A stretch of DNA of 64,000 nt, taken from the NCBI GenBank assembly GCA_030324005.1, contig JARDVH010000115.1:3694232-3758231 (forward strand). Reading direction: 5' to 3'. Origin of the DNA: Negaprion brevirostris (taxonomy: Eukaryota). The position numbers and the translations under genes are program-made. Of the stretch, positions 23,400 through 36,900 are shown in pieces. The first letter of the stretch is position 1. Each line of letters opens with the position of its first letter. The notes beneath the pieces are model-generated. The model searched no databases. It saw only the letters and a program-made list of their open reading frames with translations, and was not told where the DNA came from.

Positions 23400-25620
23400 A
23401 ACATCTGCAGGAGGAGCAGGGGTACGCTGTTCGGCCCCTCGAGTCTGCTCTGCCATTCAACAAGATCATGGTTGACCTGAATGTGGTCTCAACTCCACAT
23501 TGCTTAGCCACAACAACTTCTTGTTAATCAAGAATCTAACTACCTCAGACTTAAAAATATTTAATGACCTTGCCTCCATCACTATCCAGGGGAGAGAGGT
23601 TGGCACCAATGCCTTTATATCCTTACTTAGATAAGGGGGCGAGAAATATTCGTTGTCCTCTCGATATGGTCTTACCGACACCCTGTACAACTGTGGCAAA
23701 ACTTCCCGACTTTTATATTCTATTCCCTTTGGAATAAACACCAACATTCTATTTGCCTTCCTAATCACTTGCCGTACCTGCATACTAACTATTCCTGATT
23801 CATGTATGAGGACACCTAGATCCTTCTATATCTGAGTTCTGCAATCTCTCTCTATTTAAAACGCGTGTACTGATTTTCTATTCTTTCTGCCAAGATGGAT
23901 AAGTTCACATTTTGCACATTATATTCCATCCAGATTTTTGTCCACTCACTCAAAAATCTATTTATGNNNNNNNNNNNNNNNNTTTATGTCCCCTTCATAA
24001 CTTACATTCTTTCCTACCTATCTCTGTGTCATCAGCAAATTTAGGAACCATCTTGGTCCCTTCATCCAAGTTATTAATATAAATTACAAATAATTGGGAC
24101 CCCAGCACTGATCTCTGTGGCACTCCACTCATCAGATCTTACCAACCCAAAAATGACCCATTTATCTCCATTCTCTTCTTCCTGTTAGCTAACCAATTCT
24201 CTATCCATGCTAATATGTTATCCACCACACCATGAACTCTTATTTTGCACAGTAAATTTTAATGTAATACTTTGTCTCATGCCTTCAGAAAATCTGAGTA
24301 CAGTACACTCACAGGTTCTCCTCTATCCACATTGCTCATTCCTTCCTCAAAGAACTCCAATAAATCAGTTAAACATTAATTTAGTTTCTCAAAACTATGT
24401 TGACACTCTCTGATTGTGTTGAGATTTTCTTAAAATTCTCTTAAAATTTTCGTATGATAGTCGTTAAGATAACTAACCTGTAGATTCCTGCATTCTCACT
24501 CTTCTTGAACGGAGGAGTTCTGATGGGATTTTTCCATAATTGAGAGAGTTTTGGAAAATGAATCATCTGCTATCTCAGCAGCCATTCTTTTAAGACTCTA
24601 GGATGATGTTCATCAGGATCTGCGGACTTGTCAGCTTTTAGTTTGAATAATTTTCTCAGTATCTTTTCTCTATGATTTTAATTGTTTTAAGGCCCTCCCA
24701 CCATTTCACTCTCAATTATTTCTGGAATGTTATTTGTATTCTCTACAGTGAAACACAGAAATATCTGTTCAATTTATCAGCCATTTCCTTACTTTCCGTT
24801 ATTAATTCCTCATTCTCGCTCTCTAGAGGAGCAACATTCATTTAGCTTACTCTTTTCCTTTTTACATACTTGGAGAAACTCTTACAATCTGCTTTTATAT
24901 ATTTGGCTAGCTTTCCCTCACACTCTAATTTTTGTCTCCTTATTAACTTTCTAGTTATCCTTTGCTGTTCTTTATGTTCTGCCCTACCTTCTGACTTGCC
25001 ATTCATCTTTACAGAATTTTAATGCTTCTTTCAACTTGATGTTATAATTAGCCACGGAAGGTGCATCCTTCCTTTAATATTTCTTTCTCACTGGAATGTA
25101 TCTTTTGTGAGTATTTTGAAATATCTCCTAAAATAGCTTGCACTGCAGCACCACTGACCTCTTCCTGAACATAATTTCAAAGTTCTCTTTACCCTGCTGT
25201 GCGACATGCCCTCATAATTGCCCTTATTTAAGTTTAAAATGCTAGTATAAAGTCTATTCTTTTCTCCCTCAAACTAAATGTGAAATTCAATCATATTCTG
25301 ATGACTGATACCGAGGGACGCCTTCACTATGAGGTCATTAATTAACGCTGCCTCATTGCACAATCCCAGATCTAGGTCTGTTCTCTGGTGCTAAAATTTG
25401 CTGTTCCAAGAAACTGTCTCTGATATCCTCTATGAACTAGTCAACCATACTACCTTTGCCAATCTGATTTACTCAATCTATACATAGATTAAAATCATCT
25501 ATGATTATTGCTATGCCTTTTGCACAAGCCCTTATTATTTCTTCCTGTATGTCCCATTTTATGTTGTGGCTAACACTAGGGGTTGATGAATGAGTTCAAC
25601 AAATAGCATCTTGTCTACTT
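23400..25620 (-). mobile_element. Decayed CR1 LINE, long ORF2 fragment
   Basis: The minus ORF reads QVRQVIRKANRMLVFIPKGIEYKSREVLPQLYRVSVRP, with GSVLGSQLF and FADD motifs near 24030-24120 and EN-region remnants toward 25500. Confidence 0.8.
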
Positions 25621-26451
25621 TTTTTAATCCAAATTGATTCTACAAGTTTGAAGTTTCTGCCATACACAACAATGTTGAACTGGTCCATTGACTTCTGCTA
25701 TCTTGGCTCACACAATGATGGCAATAAAATGGAGAGCCAACACAGCCAAAGAAAGACTACACCGACTTCCAAAAATAGAGGAAATGAAAAATGGTGTAAT
25801 TCGGGAGGAAAGAATTTTTTCTTCAGAACGTATGATGGGAAAAGATATGGTAGAAACCTGGACTGAAATGTAAATGATTTAACATAATCTGCAAGGGAGA
25901 AGGAGGGAAAGGAATATCAGGACATCTTAGTTAGAACCAGTTAATTGAAACACAGTATGATACTGCACTAAGGGAGACTGTCTAACTCATTGTACCTTGT
26001 ATTAGCTGTTCAACAGAGATATCCAATTAATTGCACTCCATTTCATTTTCCTCATAGCACAGCTGAAATTCTTTCAGATCATGAACTAACATAGAATTAT
26101 AACCATTGGCAATTAGCAGTTGAGGGATTTGAATGGACTCTTCCTCTCCATTTTATCCCATTCCACAACCAATACTCTCTACCCTACCATAAACTCTCCC
26201 TCTCTGTTTAATCCCATTTCACTTCCCACATACATTTGATCTTAGCATGGAGCTGACACATCCATTGGATTTCCAGGTACCACTTTGAAAAAGCTCCAAC
26301 CTTGCTGCGATAGCCCCTCTTCAGCAATTCATCTGTCTTTACAGGCTTGTCTTCACAAGCCTGCCAAGGATGAAGATCAGTGTTCGAGAGGAAGATTTCA
26401 GAGAATGATCTACACTAAGCCAAGAATGTGCTAATTCTATAAACGTCTTAT

Positions 26452-27812
26452 AAAGCTTAGGTATAAGTTTCAGATATATTGCTCTGTTACATGACAAGTC
26501 TTGGACCACGAATCTCTTGGTGAGATTGGGGAAGTTGGAGTTGTTCTTCTCATTAAGGGGAGACAGCTCATAAACATATTCAAAATTATAGGAATGAGAA
26601 GAGAGCAGTAGTTTCCTCTGGCCACTAGTTCAGTAGCTGGAGATCATAAATTTAAAATATTGAAAAAGGAAGTAGAGGGGACCTGATAGAAGTATTTTCA
26701 TACAGTCACTTGTTAAGACCTGAAACACACTTTCTATAAGTGTGGTGGAATCAGATTCTATACAAACTAACAAAAGGAATTGGATCCATATTTTAAAAAG
26801 ACAATTTTGCAAAGTTATGAGAACTAACTTGGATGGTAACTAAATTGTACTTCTAAAAGCTAACACAGACATGAGAGACCAAATGGCTCCTGGTGTGCTG
26901 TAAGATTCTATTATTCCAAATGGAGAAAGACCAAGATCAGAATTGATCCAAAAAGCTGCAAACGTGCATGTGTATGGGGAACAGAACGGGTAACATGAGA
27001 GAATACAGGATCACCCAAAAGGACAAAGTTGAATAAAGTCCAATGATGACTTAGTCAAATGCAGCATCTTATGAGGAATATTCTGGATATCTGGACAAGT
27101 CTGTTACAAGAAATCAGCAACTACAATTTTCAATTGTATTGTTTTCTTTCAGGTAGCAAAACTTCCCACAGCACTTCACAAGCAAGCTATTAGAAAAAGC
27201 TTACACAAAGCCACACAAGCATGTGATCATTGAGGTTGTCATTTAAGGAGGTTCTTAAAAGGAGAGCGAGACAGATAGTTTCAAAGAAGGAATTCCAGAG
27301 CTCAATATCCAAGCAGCTAATGACTTGGCAGCCAAAGGTAATGGGTGATGTACAAGAGGCTAGAATTGGAGGAGTGGAGAGATAGGCGTAAATCAATCTT
27401 GATCATTATAGAGTGTTGTGTGATGACAGTAATCCTGTCTCCGATTAACATTGAGTTGATGCTGTACTCTGATCTCATATCTTAACCAGTTAATAACATT
27501 TAACCAAGTATTCTGAATAACTTTATTGCTTGTGATATTATTTGTTTTCATAGATGTGGTAATAAATTAATGATACTTCATGCCTATCTGCCTTCTTAAT
27601 GTGAATTCTTTCACATGAGGGAGCAAACCAATTTACCTGGTGTGTCGTGTTCTTACTGTAATCAATTTGTTTTGGACATCTTTTAGTTTACTTTGGACTG
27701 GTTGATGTAAGGTATTCCAGACATCCATTAAACCTTAGATACAGAAACTAAATCATCCTGTTCTCTGATGTAAGGGTTCAAGGTCACTTGATATTTTCAT
27801 GCCAATTTTCTC
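26452..27812 (+). repeat. Local duplication copy A (~1.35 kb)
   Basis: Collinear with 32044-33430 across several different TE fragments and unique sequence, e.g. aaatcaatcttgatc..tataga.tgttgtgtgat.acagtaatcctgtc and gagggagcaaaccaatttacctggtgtg. Confidence 0.9.
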
Positions 27813-30445
27813 AAAAGGTTTACATCCTTTTTCACAAAAGGTGACTAGCTTCCAATACACTGCTGATGTTGAATACACCTGAAATTTTCAAGATTGATAC
27901 TGATAGATAATGTTGGGCTAGATATCAAAGGATACCCCTCATCAATTCCAGTCAATACATTGTTGTTTACCTGACACACATTTGCCTCAGATACACTTCT
28001 TCTTCAAAATAAATGACAGAATTACATCATTTGTTATCACAGTGCAGTGCCAACATCACAGCTAACCCAGGCCACCAGAAATAACTCCTTGTGAGTTCTT
28101 TCATACCTATGACTCCTTCATGAGGTTATTCCAGTTAACGTTTCTGCAAATGTGGAAGCCTGATTATCATGATCCTCAGTAACAGTATACTGTTTTCTAT
28201 TATTAGCTCAAGTTCCCTTGTTCAATATGGCTTGAATTTTGAATTCCTCTTCTGTTTATCCAATGGGATTCCTTTCAAAATAAACTAGCATAATCTTCTC
28301 CATCAGTGGATCTGACCCAGTGCATTTTTATACTTGAGAGGCTGTAATATGTACACCACCAATTCTCCTGTGATTTGACTTTGTCCTGAATTGGTAGAGG
28401 TGATTTCAGCATTGGCACCCTGCTCAGACCTTCTGCATTTAATCTTGTAATTATGTGTTGATAAGATGAAGGACCCTCCCTATGAACGAGTCCTTGCTAA
28501 AGATGGTATTCCCTTCTACGGACCAAAGATCATAAGGCCTGTGGTTTGTTGACAAGGTAAAATGTCTTCCATACAGATAGTGATGAAATCTTGTGATTCC
28601 TTATCTATACTCAGGGATTCCTTTTCCAGTTGAGCATCATTTTGTTCAGCGCTTGTAAATGTTCTTGAAGCAAAAACTATTGGTCTTCCACTTCCATTTA
28701 CATTATATGAGAGACAATTGTGCCCACCCTATAGGGCAATGTGTCATATGCGAGTTGTCCTTAAATTTGGGTTGAAATGAACTAAGACCTCTGATTTCAT
28801 TAGCATATTTTTGACTTCATTATGTGCCTTTTCGCTGTCTTTTGTCCAAGTCCATTATTGATACACCTATAACAAAAGTATAAAGTGGTTTTAGCATAGT
28901 AACGAGATTTGGAAAATATTTTCCATATTAATTGATTTAAAAAGTCCAACAAAAACATCTCAGTTGCAATATATTCTGCAAGTATAAGCATATCTAAAAT
29001 CGCAGTCATCTTCTTAGGTTTCTTGTGGAGTCCATCATTATCAATTACGTGGTCTAGATAGCTTACTGATGACTTTAAAAATTCACATTTTTCTTTCTTC
29101 ACATGGAGATTGTGCTTCTCCACACACACTTCAGTGTTTCCTCTAAGTTCTGTACATGTTTCTGTACATCTTAGCCCATTCAAATACTATCCAAATAACC
29201 ATTAGGCCACTAAGGATTTGATCCATTGATTTTTGGCATAAGAGAGGCGCTGATTTTATTCCAAACAGTAGGCATTTATATTGGAACAATCCTTTGGGAG
29301 TAACAATCATTAACAGAGATTATGACTCAGTTGCCACCTTCATTTGGAGATATGCTTGGGACAAGTCTATCTTACTGAACTGCTGACCCCCAGGCAATCT
29401 AGCGAATAGGTCCCCGATTAATAGTAAAGGGGGTTGGTCAATACGGAGCATTGGATTTATTGTTGTTTTGAAGTCACTGCAAATTCTTATCAAGCCATCG
29501 AGTTTAATGACAGGGATAAATGCAGTTGCCCAATTACTCGTGGCTATGGACTCAATCAATCCAGCCTTGATTCAATTGTTCAAGTTGCATTTCAACTTAA
29601 AGCTTGATAGCATAAGGCAAAGTTCTTGCCTTCAAGCACTTTGAGCTGCTATCAAGTTTTATCATAAATCATGACACGAGTCCAGACATTTCCCCTAAAG
29701 TTCTTTTCATCAACTAATTAGTTAATTACTTGCCAATTTAGTTTGATTTTGTTTAACTAAACTCTTTTGAAAAGTGCAGGAAAATTTCTTTTTGTGTAAT
29801 GGCAATTTGCCAGNNNNNNNNNNNNNNNNNNNNNNNNNNNNNNNNNNNNNNNNNNNNNNNNNNNNNNNNNNNNNNNNNNNNNNNNNNNNNNNNNNNNNNN
29901 NNNNNNNNNNNNNTTGACCCTTGCTCTGCCAAATACCTTACATCATAATGCATGCAGGCACATATCATCACAATACAGCAAAGTTTTATGTTTTGATAAT
30001 TCTTTCACAATCTTGGTCTGTCACCTGTGAAGGAATGGGTTGTTGTAATCTGTTTCTGGTACTTATGTTACGTGATAAAGTTTTTCCTCTTTCCAGCATT
30101 CCAATTCAGCATCTTTCTCATTGATCATTTTACCGTATTGGTGCTATTCCATTGATGTGACCATTTCAGCAATCTTGTTTTTAATGCCTTCTCTAAAGGT
30201 TTAATTCTTTTTGCTGATTCCTCTTTGTGTTCAATAGTTCCTAGTTTCTTTAATTACTGCATTTTTTTCTGAGATGAATCCACCATGTTCATACTGTTCA
30301 AACTATATTGCACAAACAGAACCTTCATTTCTACTTGTCTTGTCTTTAGCTAAACTTCACTGTTGGTTGGCTATGTCTCTGACAAAGTATTCACTTCTTT
30401 CCATTCTGCAATTTTCTCATTGCTCTTTTTTTGTTCATTTAGTGT

Positions 30446-30750
30446 CTTTCATTGCCCTTCTTCTGGGATCTTTCATTGCCCTTCTTCTGGGGTTTTTCAT
30501 TGCCCTCCTTCTGGGATCTTTCATTGCCCTCCTTCTGGGATCTTTCAGAGCTCTTTCTCTGGGATCTTTCATTGCCCTCCTTCTGGGATCTTTCATTGCC
30601 CTCCTTCCGGGATCTTTCATTGCCCTTCTTCTGGGGTTTTTCATTGCTCTCCTTCTGGGATCTTTCATTGCCCTCCTTCTGGGATCTTTCATTGCCCTTC
30701 TTCTGGGGTTTTTCATTGCCCTTCTTCTGGGATCTTTCATTGCCCTCCTG
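30446..30750. repeat. 24-bp minisatellite (~12-13 copies) inside the Gypsy gag region
   Basis: Unit tctttcattgccct(c/t)cttctggg(a/g), repeated with few variants. Confidence 0.95.
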
Positions 30751-31786
30751 AGGTCTTCAGTCGCGTCTTTCCTGAGGTTTTCATTTCCTTCTCTGAGGTT
30801 TTCTGTTGCCTCCTCTGAAGCCTTTCATTGCCTCTTCCTTGACGTCTTTGTTGCTTGTGAATCCTTTTTGAGAGTTGGATTTCTTTTGGGGTTCTCCAAT
30901 TTTCCTGTTCATTGTCCACTGTTTCTTCTTGTGGTTGCTGCTTTAAATGCATTTCCACATTAAACATATTATAACTTTGAATGTATCATCTCTTGAAATA
31001 CATTATCACTTTAAGACTGTCAATTTATTTTCAAACTGTTGTCAGCAGCTGTTGGTTTTGTATTTTTCCTTAACCTTTGAAGTCCAGGTGTGAAGCTTGA
31101 CTGCTCCTTTTTGAACCTTTTCATTATTTTTAACATCTCTGCAGTTTTTTTTCTCTTTTTGCTGCCTGGAGATTTTTTCTACCTTTGATGTGTTTGTTTG
31201 TTAATTTCACTGCACGATCCAGCACTGTCCATTTCTTTTAACTCTTTAACTTCTCCTTTTCAAATAGGTTGCTGACATTCCTCCAAAACTTTGGAACCTT
31301 GCTGTCTGCAGTCCCTCAGTTCAGGGACTGCCACCCAGACCCCACTCCTCTGCAATCTCTGTTGTGATCAGGAGCCTAACAATCTTACTCTCTTTAGTTT
31401 CTTGTTGTTTTTAAAAACTTGCTCTAGTTCCTTGGGACAATTTTCCCTTTTCAATTTAAACACTGCTCTCTGTGTTCTTTCTTTTTTATTTTAAAAAAAT
31501 CTTTACAGCAACTCTTTATTTTGTTTCCAACCTAAGTTTCACTTTTCCAAACTCAAAATCATAGCTCCTGCTTCTGAAGAATATTTTCTCTTGATTTTGT
31601 TACATATGTTTAAACTTTAGACTATATCATTCAATTCAGGCCTGCTCCGCCCCCATCACTCAGGGTCTTGCAACATCTCAAAATGTCACTCATCTATTCG
31701 CCCAAAGACAGGCATTCAGATGAGTATTTTTTTTCAGACTTCAATAAAAACAGGATACTCACAGTTGTCGGGCCACAGGCATCAAT

Positions 31787-31804
31787 AATCCATCCTCGTC
31801 GCCA
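31787..31804 (-). other. Primer-binding site complementary to the 3' end of tRNA-Ser(GCT)
   Basis: The minus strand reads TGGCGACGAGGATGGATT. The vertebrate tRNA-Ser-GCT 3' end is AATCCCATCCTCGTCG-CCA. Confidence 0.8.
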
Positions 31805-31805
31805 A

Positions 31806-32043
31806 TGCAATGATACACGCTCACAGACTTAGAAGTTATTTATAAACAGCAATGAACCACCTCCTCCTTTCCACCCATATTCTAGCTGCCCCAGTCCCTA
31901 CATGTCTTCTGCATGCCTTATGCCCAAGAAAGGATTCCACCCCCAGGGGTGATTACGCACTCTCAGTCCCAATTAGACCCTCAAGCCAGATGACCCTCTC
32001 CTGCTGTGTTTTTCTTAACAGTATAATCACCTCAATCACCACA
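31806..32043 (-). mobile_element. 5' LTR of the Gypsy relic
   Basis: TG...CA-bounded 238 bp block directly next to the PBS. Duplication copy B begins immediately after it. Confidence 0.65.
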
Positions 32044-33430
32044 AGTGCTTAGGTGAAAAGTTTCAGATAAATTGCTATTATGTGACAACTCAGGCCATGA
32101 ATCTTGTAATGAGATTGGGGACTCTGGAATTGTTCTTCCCAAAGCACAAAAGTTTAAGGGGAGAACTCCTGGACATATTCAAAATTATAGGAGCTAATAG
32201 AAGCGAGAAAGGAGAAGTAATTTCCTCTGGTCCTGTAGCTGGAGGTCACAAATTTAAAATATTAGAAAAGGAAGTAGAAGGGAATTGATAGAAGTATTTT
32301 CATACAGTCATTTGTTAAGATCTTAAACACACCTTTTACAATTGCAGTGGAATCAGATTCTATATAAACTGACAAAAGGAATTGGATATGTATTTGAAAA
32401 AAAACATTTTGCAGAGTTATGAAAATAACCTTAGATGGTAACTAAATTGTATTTCTAAGAGCTAGCACAGACATGAGAGACCAAATTGTCCCTCATGTGG
32501 TGTAAGGTTTCATTATTCCAAATGGGGAGAAATGAAGATCAGGATTGATCCAAAAAGCTGCAAACATGTGCAAGGTTGATATATGGGGAAACAAAAAAGG
32601 TAACATGAGAGAGTACAGGATCACCCAAGTGGACAAAGTTGAATAACTCAGTCAAATGTAACTTCTTATCAACAATATTCTGGATATCTGGACAAGCCTG
32701 TTACAAGAAATCAGCAACTACAATTTGCAATTATACTGTATCTTTTAGTGCAGCAAAATCTTTCCAAAGCATTTCACAAGCAAATTATTAGTTAAAGCAG
32801 TTTCCACAAAGCCACATAAGCATGTGATCACTGAAGTTGACTTTTAAAAAGGTTCTTAAAAGGAGAGCAAGACAGATAGTTTCAAAGAAGGAATTCCAGA
32901 GCTCAATATCCAAGCAGCTAAAGGCATGGCATAACAGTCAGTGATGGAGTAGATTAAGGATGTACAGGAGGCTAGAATTGGAGGAGTGGAGAGATAGGTG
33001 TAAATCAATCTTGATCCCTATAGAATGTTGTGTGATAACAGTAATCCTGTCTTCAATTAACATTGAGTTGATGCTGTAATCTGATCTCATATCTTAACAA
33101 TTAATAACATTTAACCAAGTATTCTGAATAATTTTATTGCTTGTTCTTGTGATATTGTTTGTGTTTTCATAGATGTGGTAATAAATTAATGATACTTCAT
33201 GCCTATCTGCCTTCTGACTGTCTCTGAATTCTTTCACATGAGGGAGCAAACCAATTTACCTGGTGTGCAATGTTCCTACTGGAGTCAACTTGTTTTGGAC
33301 ACCTTTTAGTCTATGTTGGACTTCTTAACCTAAAGCATTCCAGACATCCAATAAACCTCAGATATGGAAAATAAATCAATCCTGTTCTCTAATGGAAGAG
33401 TTAAATATATCTTGGTGCAAATTTTCTCAT
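32044..33430 (+). repeat. Local duplication copy B (~1.38 kb)
   Basis: Direct repeat of 26452-27812. Confidence 0.9.
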
Positions 33431-33434
33431 CTGA

Positions 33435-34025
33435 GTCATAGAGTCATGGTCATTGAGGTTTACAGCATGGAAACAGGCTCTTCGGCCCAACTTGTCCATG
33501 CTGCCTTTTTTAACGACTAAGCTAGTCCCAATTTCCCGCATTTGGCTATATCCCTCAATACCCATCTTACTCATATAACTATCTATATGCTTTTTAAGAG
33601 ACAAAATTGTACCTACCTCTACTACTGCCTCTGGCAGCTTGTTCTAGACACTCACCATCCTCTGTGTGAAGGATTTGCCCCTCTGGACCCTTTTGCAACT
33701 CTCCCCCCTCACATTAAACCTATGCTCTCTAGTGTTAGACTCCCCTATCTTTGGGAAAAGATATTGGCTATCTAGCTGATATATGCTCCTCATTATTTTA
33801 TAGATCTCTACAAGATCACCCCTAAGCCTTCTATGCTCCAGAGAAAAAAGTCCCAGTCTTTCCAACCCCTCCTTATAACTCAAACCATCAAACCCTGATG
33901 GCATCCCAGTAAATCTTTTCTGCACTCTTTCCAGTTTAATAACATTCTTTCTATAATAGGGTGACCAGAATTGTACATAGCATTCCAAGTGTGGCCTTAC
34001 TAATGCCTTGTACAACTTCAACAAG
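33435..34025 (-). mobile_element. CR1/HER1 LINE 3' fragment (relatively young)
   Basis: ORF LKLYKALVRPHLECYVQFWSPYYRKNVIKLERVQKRFT...LFSLEHRRLRGDL, with a (ctatgact)n tail. Confidence 0.9.
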
Positions 34026-34729
34026 ACATGATCTTATTGAATGGTGGAGCAGGCTCGAGGGGCCAGATAGCCTACTCCTGCTCCTACTTCTTATGTCCTT
34101 AAGTTCAGGACCACTGCCAAGCACCCTCAAATTTGACTGGCCTTTAAATGTTTGCTGCCTTGCATCGATCAAGAATATTGCAAATGTACTGGAGGGCAAT
34201 TTTGTGAATTATGGGCCCCTTTTTAAAGGAGTTGAATGCTCCGCTGCTGCTCCTATTTCTTATGTTCTGATACACTTGCTCTAAGGGTGGAGGAAGAGAA
34301 ATGAAATCACGTAGAAGGGAGGGATTTCCTATTTTGAATGAACATAGAAAAAAATACAGCAGAAACTTGAACTGGAATGTAAATGATTTAACGATAACTA
34401 ATTATTGTATGTGAAAGAGAGGGAATGGGTGGGAGACATCTTTATTAGATCAATTCATTGAATCATAGAAACATACATGATTGAAGGAGGCTACTGGATC
34501 TATCCTGACAATGCTGGCACTTTGAAATAGTTATCCAATTCATCCCACTCTGTCTTTTCTCCATGAGCATGCAAAATGTCTGCATATGCTGTACAATCTG
34601 ATGATAACATCCAAGGCAAATTACTTGATTCAAGGAAAACATTGAAAGTCCTTCCGGATGATAACAAACCAATCTACTATCACAACTAATTGCAATTAGC
34701 TTGCAAATGTTTTGAGTACACCCTACACA

Positions 34730-36050
34730 GCTCCAGGCCTCATTACAGAAACATGGACAAAACAGCAGAACTCAAGATGTGAGTTGAGGGTGCCTGCCCT
34801 TGACATCAAGACAGCATTTGACTGTGAATGGCATCATGGAACCCCATCAAAACCCCATTAAAATCATGGCATCATGGAACCCCATCAAAAATGGGAATCA
34901 GGAGGAAAACTCTCCATTGGTTGAAGTCATATCTAGCAGAAGGGAAGATGATTGTGGTTGTTGAAATCAATCACCTCAGTGCCAGGATAGCACTGGAGGA
35001 ATTCCTCAGGTTGGTGTCTTCAGCTCAACCATCTTCAGCTGCTTCATCAATGACCTTCTCTGTCATAAGCGCAGAAGTGCAAATGCTCGGTGATGATTGC
35101 ACAACGATCTGCACCACTTGTACTGAAGCCATCAGTGTCCATATAAGCAAGTCTAGGGCAACTTTCAAGCTTGGGTTGATAAGTTGCAAGTAACATTCTT
35201 GCCGCACAAATGCCAGATAATGATCATCTTTGACCATAAAGAATCTCCCCTTGACATTCAATGGCATTACTCCACCATCAACTTTCTGTGAGTTACCATT
35301 GACCAGAAGCTGAACTAGACCAACCATATAAATGTTGTGCCTTCAAAATAACGTCATAAGCTGGGATTTCTGGCAAATAACTAGCTTCCTGACTCCCCAA
35401 AGTTTGGCTACCATCTACAAGGCACAGGTCAGGAATGTGATGAATGAGGGGTGACATGGTGGTTAGCACTGTTGCCTCACAGTGCCTGGGAGCTGGGTTC
35501 AGTTCCCGGCTTGGGTCACTGTCTGTGTGGAATTTGAATGTTCTCTCTGTGTTTGCATGGGTTTCCTCCCACATTCTGAAAGACATACTGGTTAGGTGCA
35601 TTGACCTGAACAGGCACTGGACTGTGGCAACTAGGGGAATTTCACAGTAACTTCATTACAGTGTTAATGTCAGCCTTACTTGTGACGAATAAATAAACTT
35701 TAACTTTTAACTTTAAATGATGGAATACTCTCCACTTGCCTGGATAAGTGCAGCTCCAACTACACTCAAGAAGCTCGACACAATTCAGGATGAAGCAGCC
35801 CCTTTCATTGGCACCACATATACCAACTTCAAAATTCACTCTCTCTATCACCAATGCATAGTGACAGCAGTGTACTACCTATAAGATGCACTGTCAAGAC
35901 TCCTTTAACAGCACTTTCCAAACCTGTGACCTCTACTACTTAGAAGAACTAGGGCAGGAGATGTGTAGGAACACCATGATCTGAAAGTTTCCTTCCAAAT
36001 CATGCACCATCCAGAAATTAGAACCATATTACCATTTCTTCACTGCCACT
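34730..36050 (+). mobile_element. CR1-clade LINE RT fragment with a nested tRNA-derived SINE (35448-35712)
   Basis: ALDIKTAFDCEWH, MGIRRKTLHWLKSYL and FINDL motifs. The SINE head gtggttagcactgttgcctcacag interrupts tgtgatg..gaatactctccacttgcc. Confidence 0.75.
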
Positions 36051-36054
36051 GGGA

Positions 36055-36900
36055 GAACAAATGCAATGGTATCTTCGAATTTTCAACATTTTTTTGATAA
36101 AGTCTCACATTACAGCTTAGTATTGTGGGGGTAATATGTTGGCATGGATTGAGAATTTGTTACTCGACAGAAAAGAGTGTAGGAGTAAATGGGTCTTATT
36201 CAGAGTGGAAGGTAGCGACTAGTGGGAGACCACAGGCTTCAGTGCTTGGGCCCCAGCTATTCATAACATACATCCATGATTTGGATGAGGGAATCAAATA
36301 TACTATTTCCAAGTTTGTTGACGACATAGAATGAGGTAGAATTGTGGAGGTGAGGAGGAAGTACAGAAGCTTCAAGGTGATTTAAACAAGTTGAATGAGT
36401 GGGCAAACTCAAGGCAGATGCGGTACAACATAGAGACATGTGATGTTATTCAATTTAGGAGGAAAAATTAATGGCAGAGCATTATTTAAATGATGATAGA
36501 TTGAGAAATATAAACGCACAAAGTGATCTGAGTGTCCTTGTACACCAGTCATTGAAAGAAAGCGTGCATATAGAGAAACCATTCCGAAGGCAAATGATGT
36601 GTCGGCTTTGTTGCAAGAGGACTTGAGTACAAGAGTAAGGATGTCTTAATGCAGCTGTACAGGGCTGATGAGCGCATATGCAATGTGTGCAGCTTTAGTC
36701 TCCTTACCTAAGAAAAGATGAAAATGCCATAGAGGGAATGCATCGAATGTTCACCAGACAGATTCCTGGGATGGCAGGATTGATGTATGTGAGAGGTTGG
36801 GTAGACTTAGAAGAAAGAGAGTGGATCACATTGAAATGTATAACGTTCTGACAGGGTTGGACAGACTGGATGCAGGGTGTTGCTTCCCTTGGCTGGGGGT
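36055..36900 (+). mobile_element. CR1 LINE RT fragment
   Basis: VGVNGSYSEWKVATSGRPQASVLGPQLFITYIHDLDEGIKYTISKFVDD. Confidence 0.85.

Larger units (their letters stand above)
28230..32043 (-). mobile_element. Ty3/Gypsy LTR retrotransposon relic (K02A2.6-like pol), 3'-truncated
   Basis: RT motifs SNWATAFIPVIKLDGLIRICSDFKTTIN, GGQQFSKIDLSQAYLQM and KKEKCEFLKSSVSYL. RNase H GRPIVFASRTFTSAEQNDAQLEKE. PBS and 5' LTR lie at the right end. Confidence 0.85.

Noticed and set aside
30446-30750. CRISPR-like array
   Set aside because: Head-to-tail units with no unique spacers, in a eukaryotic context.
30274-30963. 229-aa hydrophobic plus-strand ORF as a membrane protein gene
   Set aside because: It results from a stop-free 24-bp minisatellite antisense to a Gypsy relic. 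There is no splice or promoter support.
31787-31804. tRNA-Ser gene fragment
   Set aside because: Only the 3' 18 nt including CCA are present, next to an LTR, so it is a primer-binding site.
26452-33430. Full-length LTR retrotransposon with 1.35-kb LTRs
   Set aside because: The repeats lack TG...CA ends and contain LINE fragments. The PBS abuts a different 238-bp block that has no counterpart on the left.
34095-34200. VLGSGP motif as NNMT exon 2
   Set aside because: It lies 30 kb upstream of exon 1 (wrong side), and the flanking residues do not match LLIDIGSGPTIYQLLSA.
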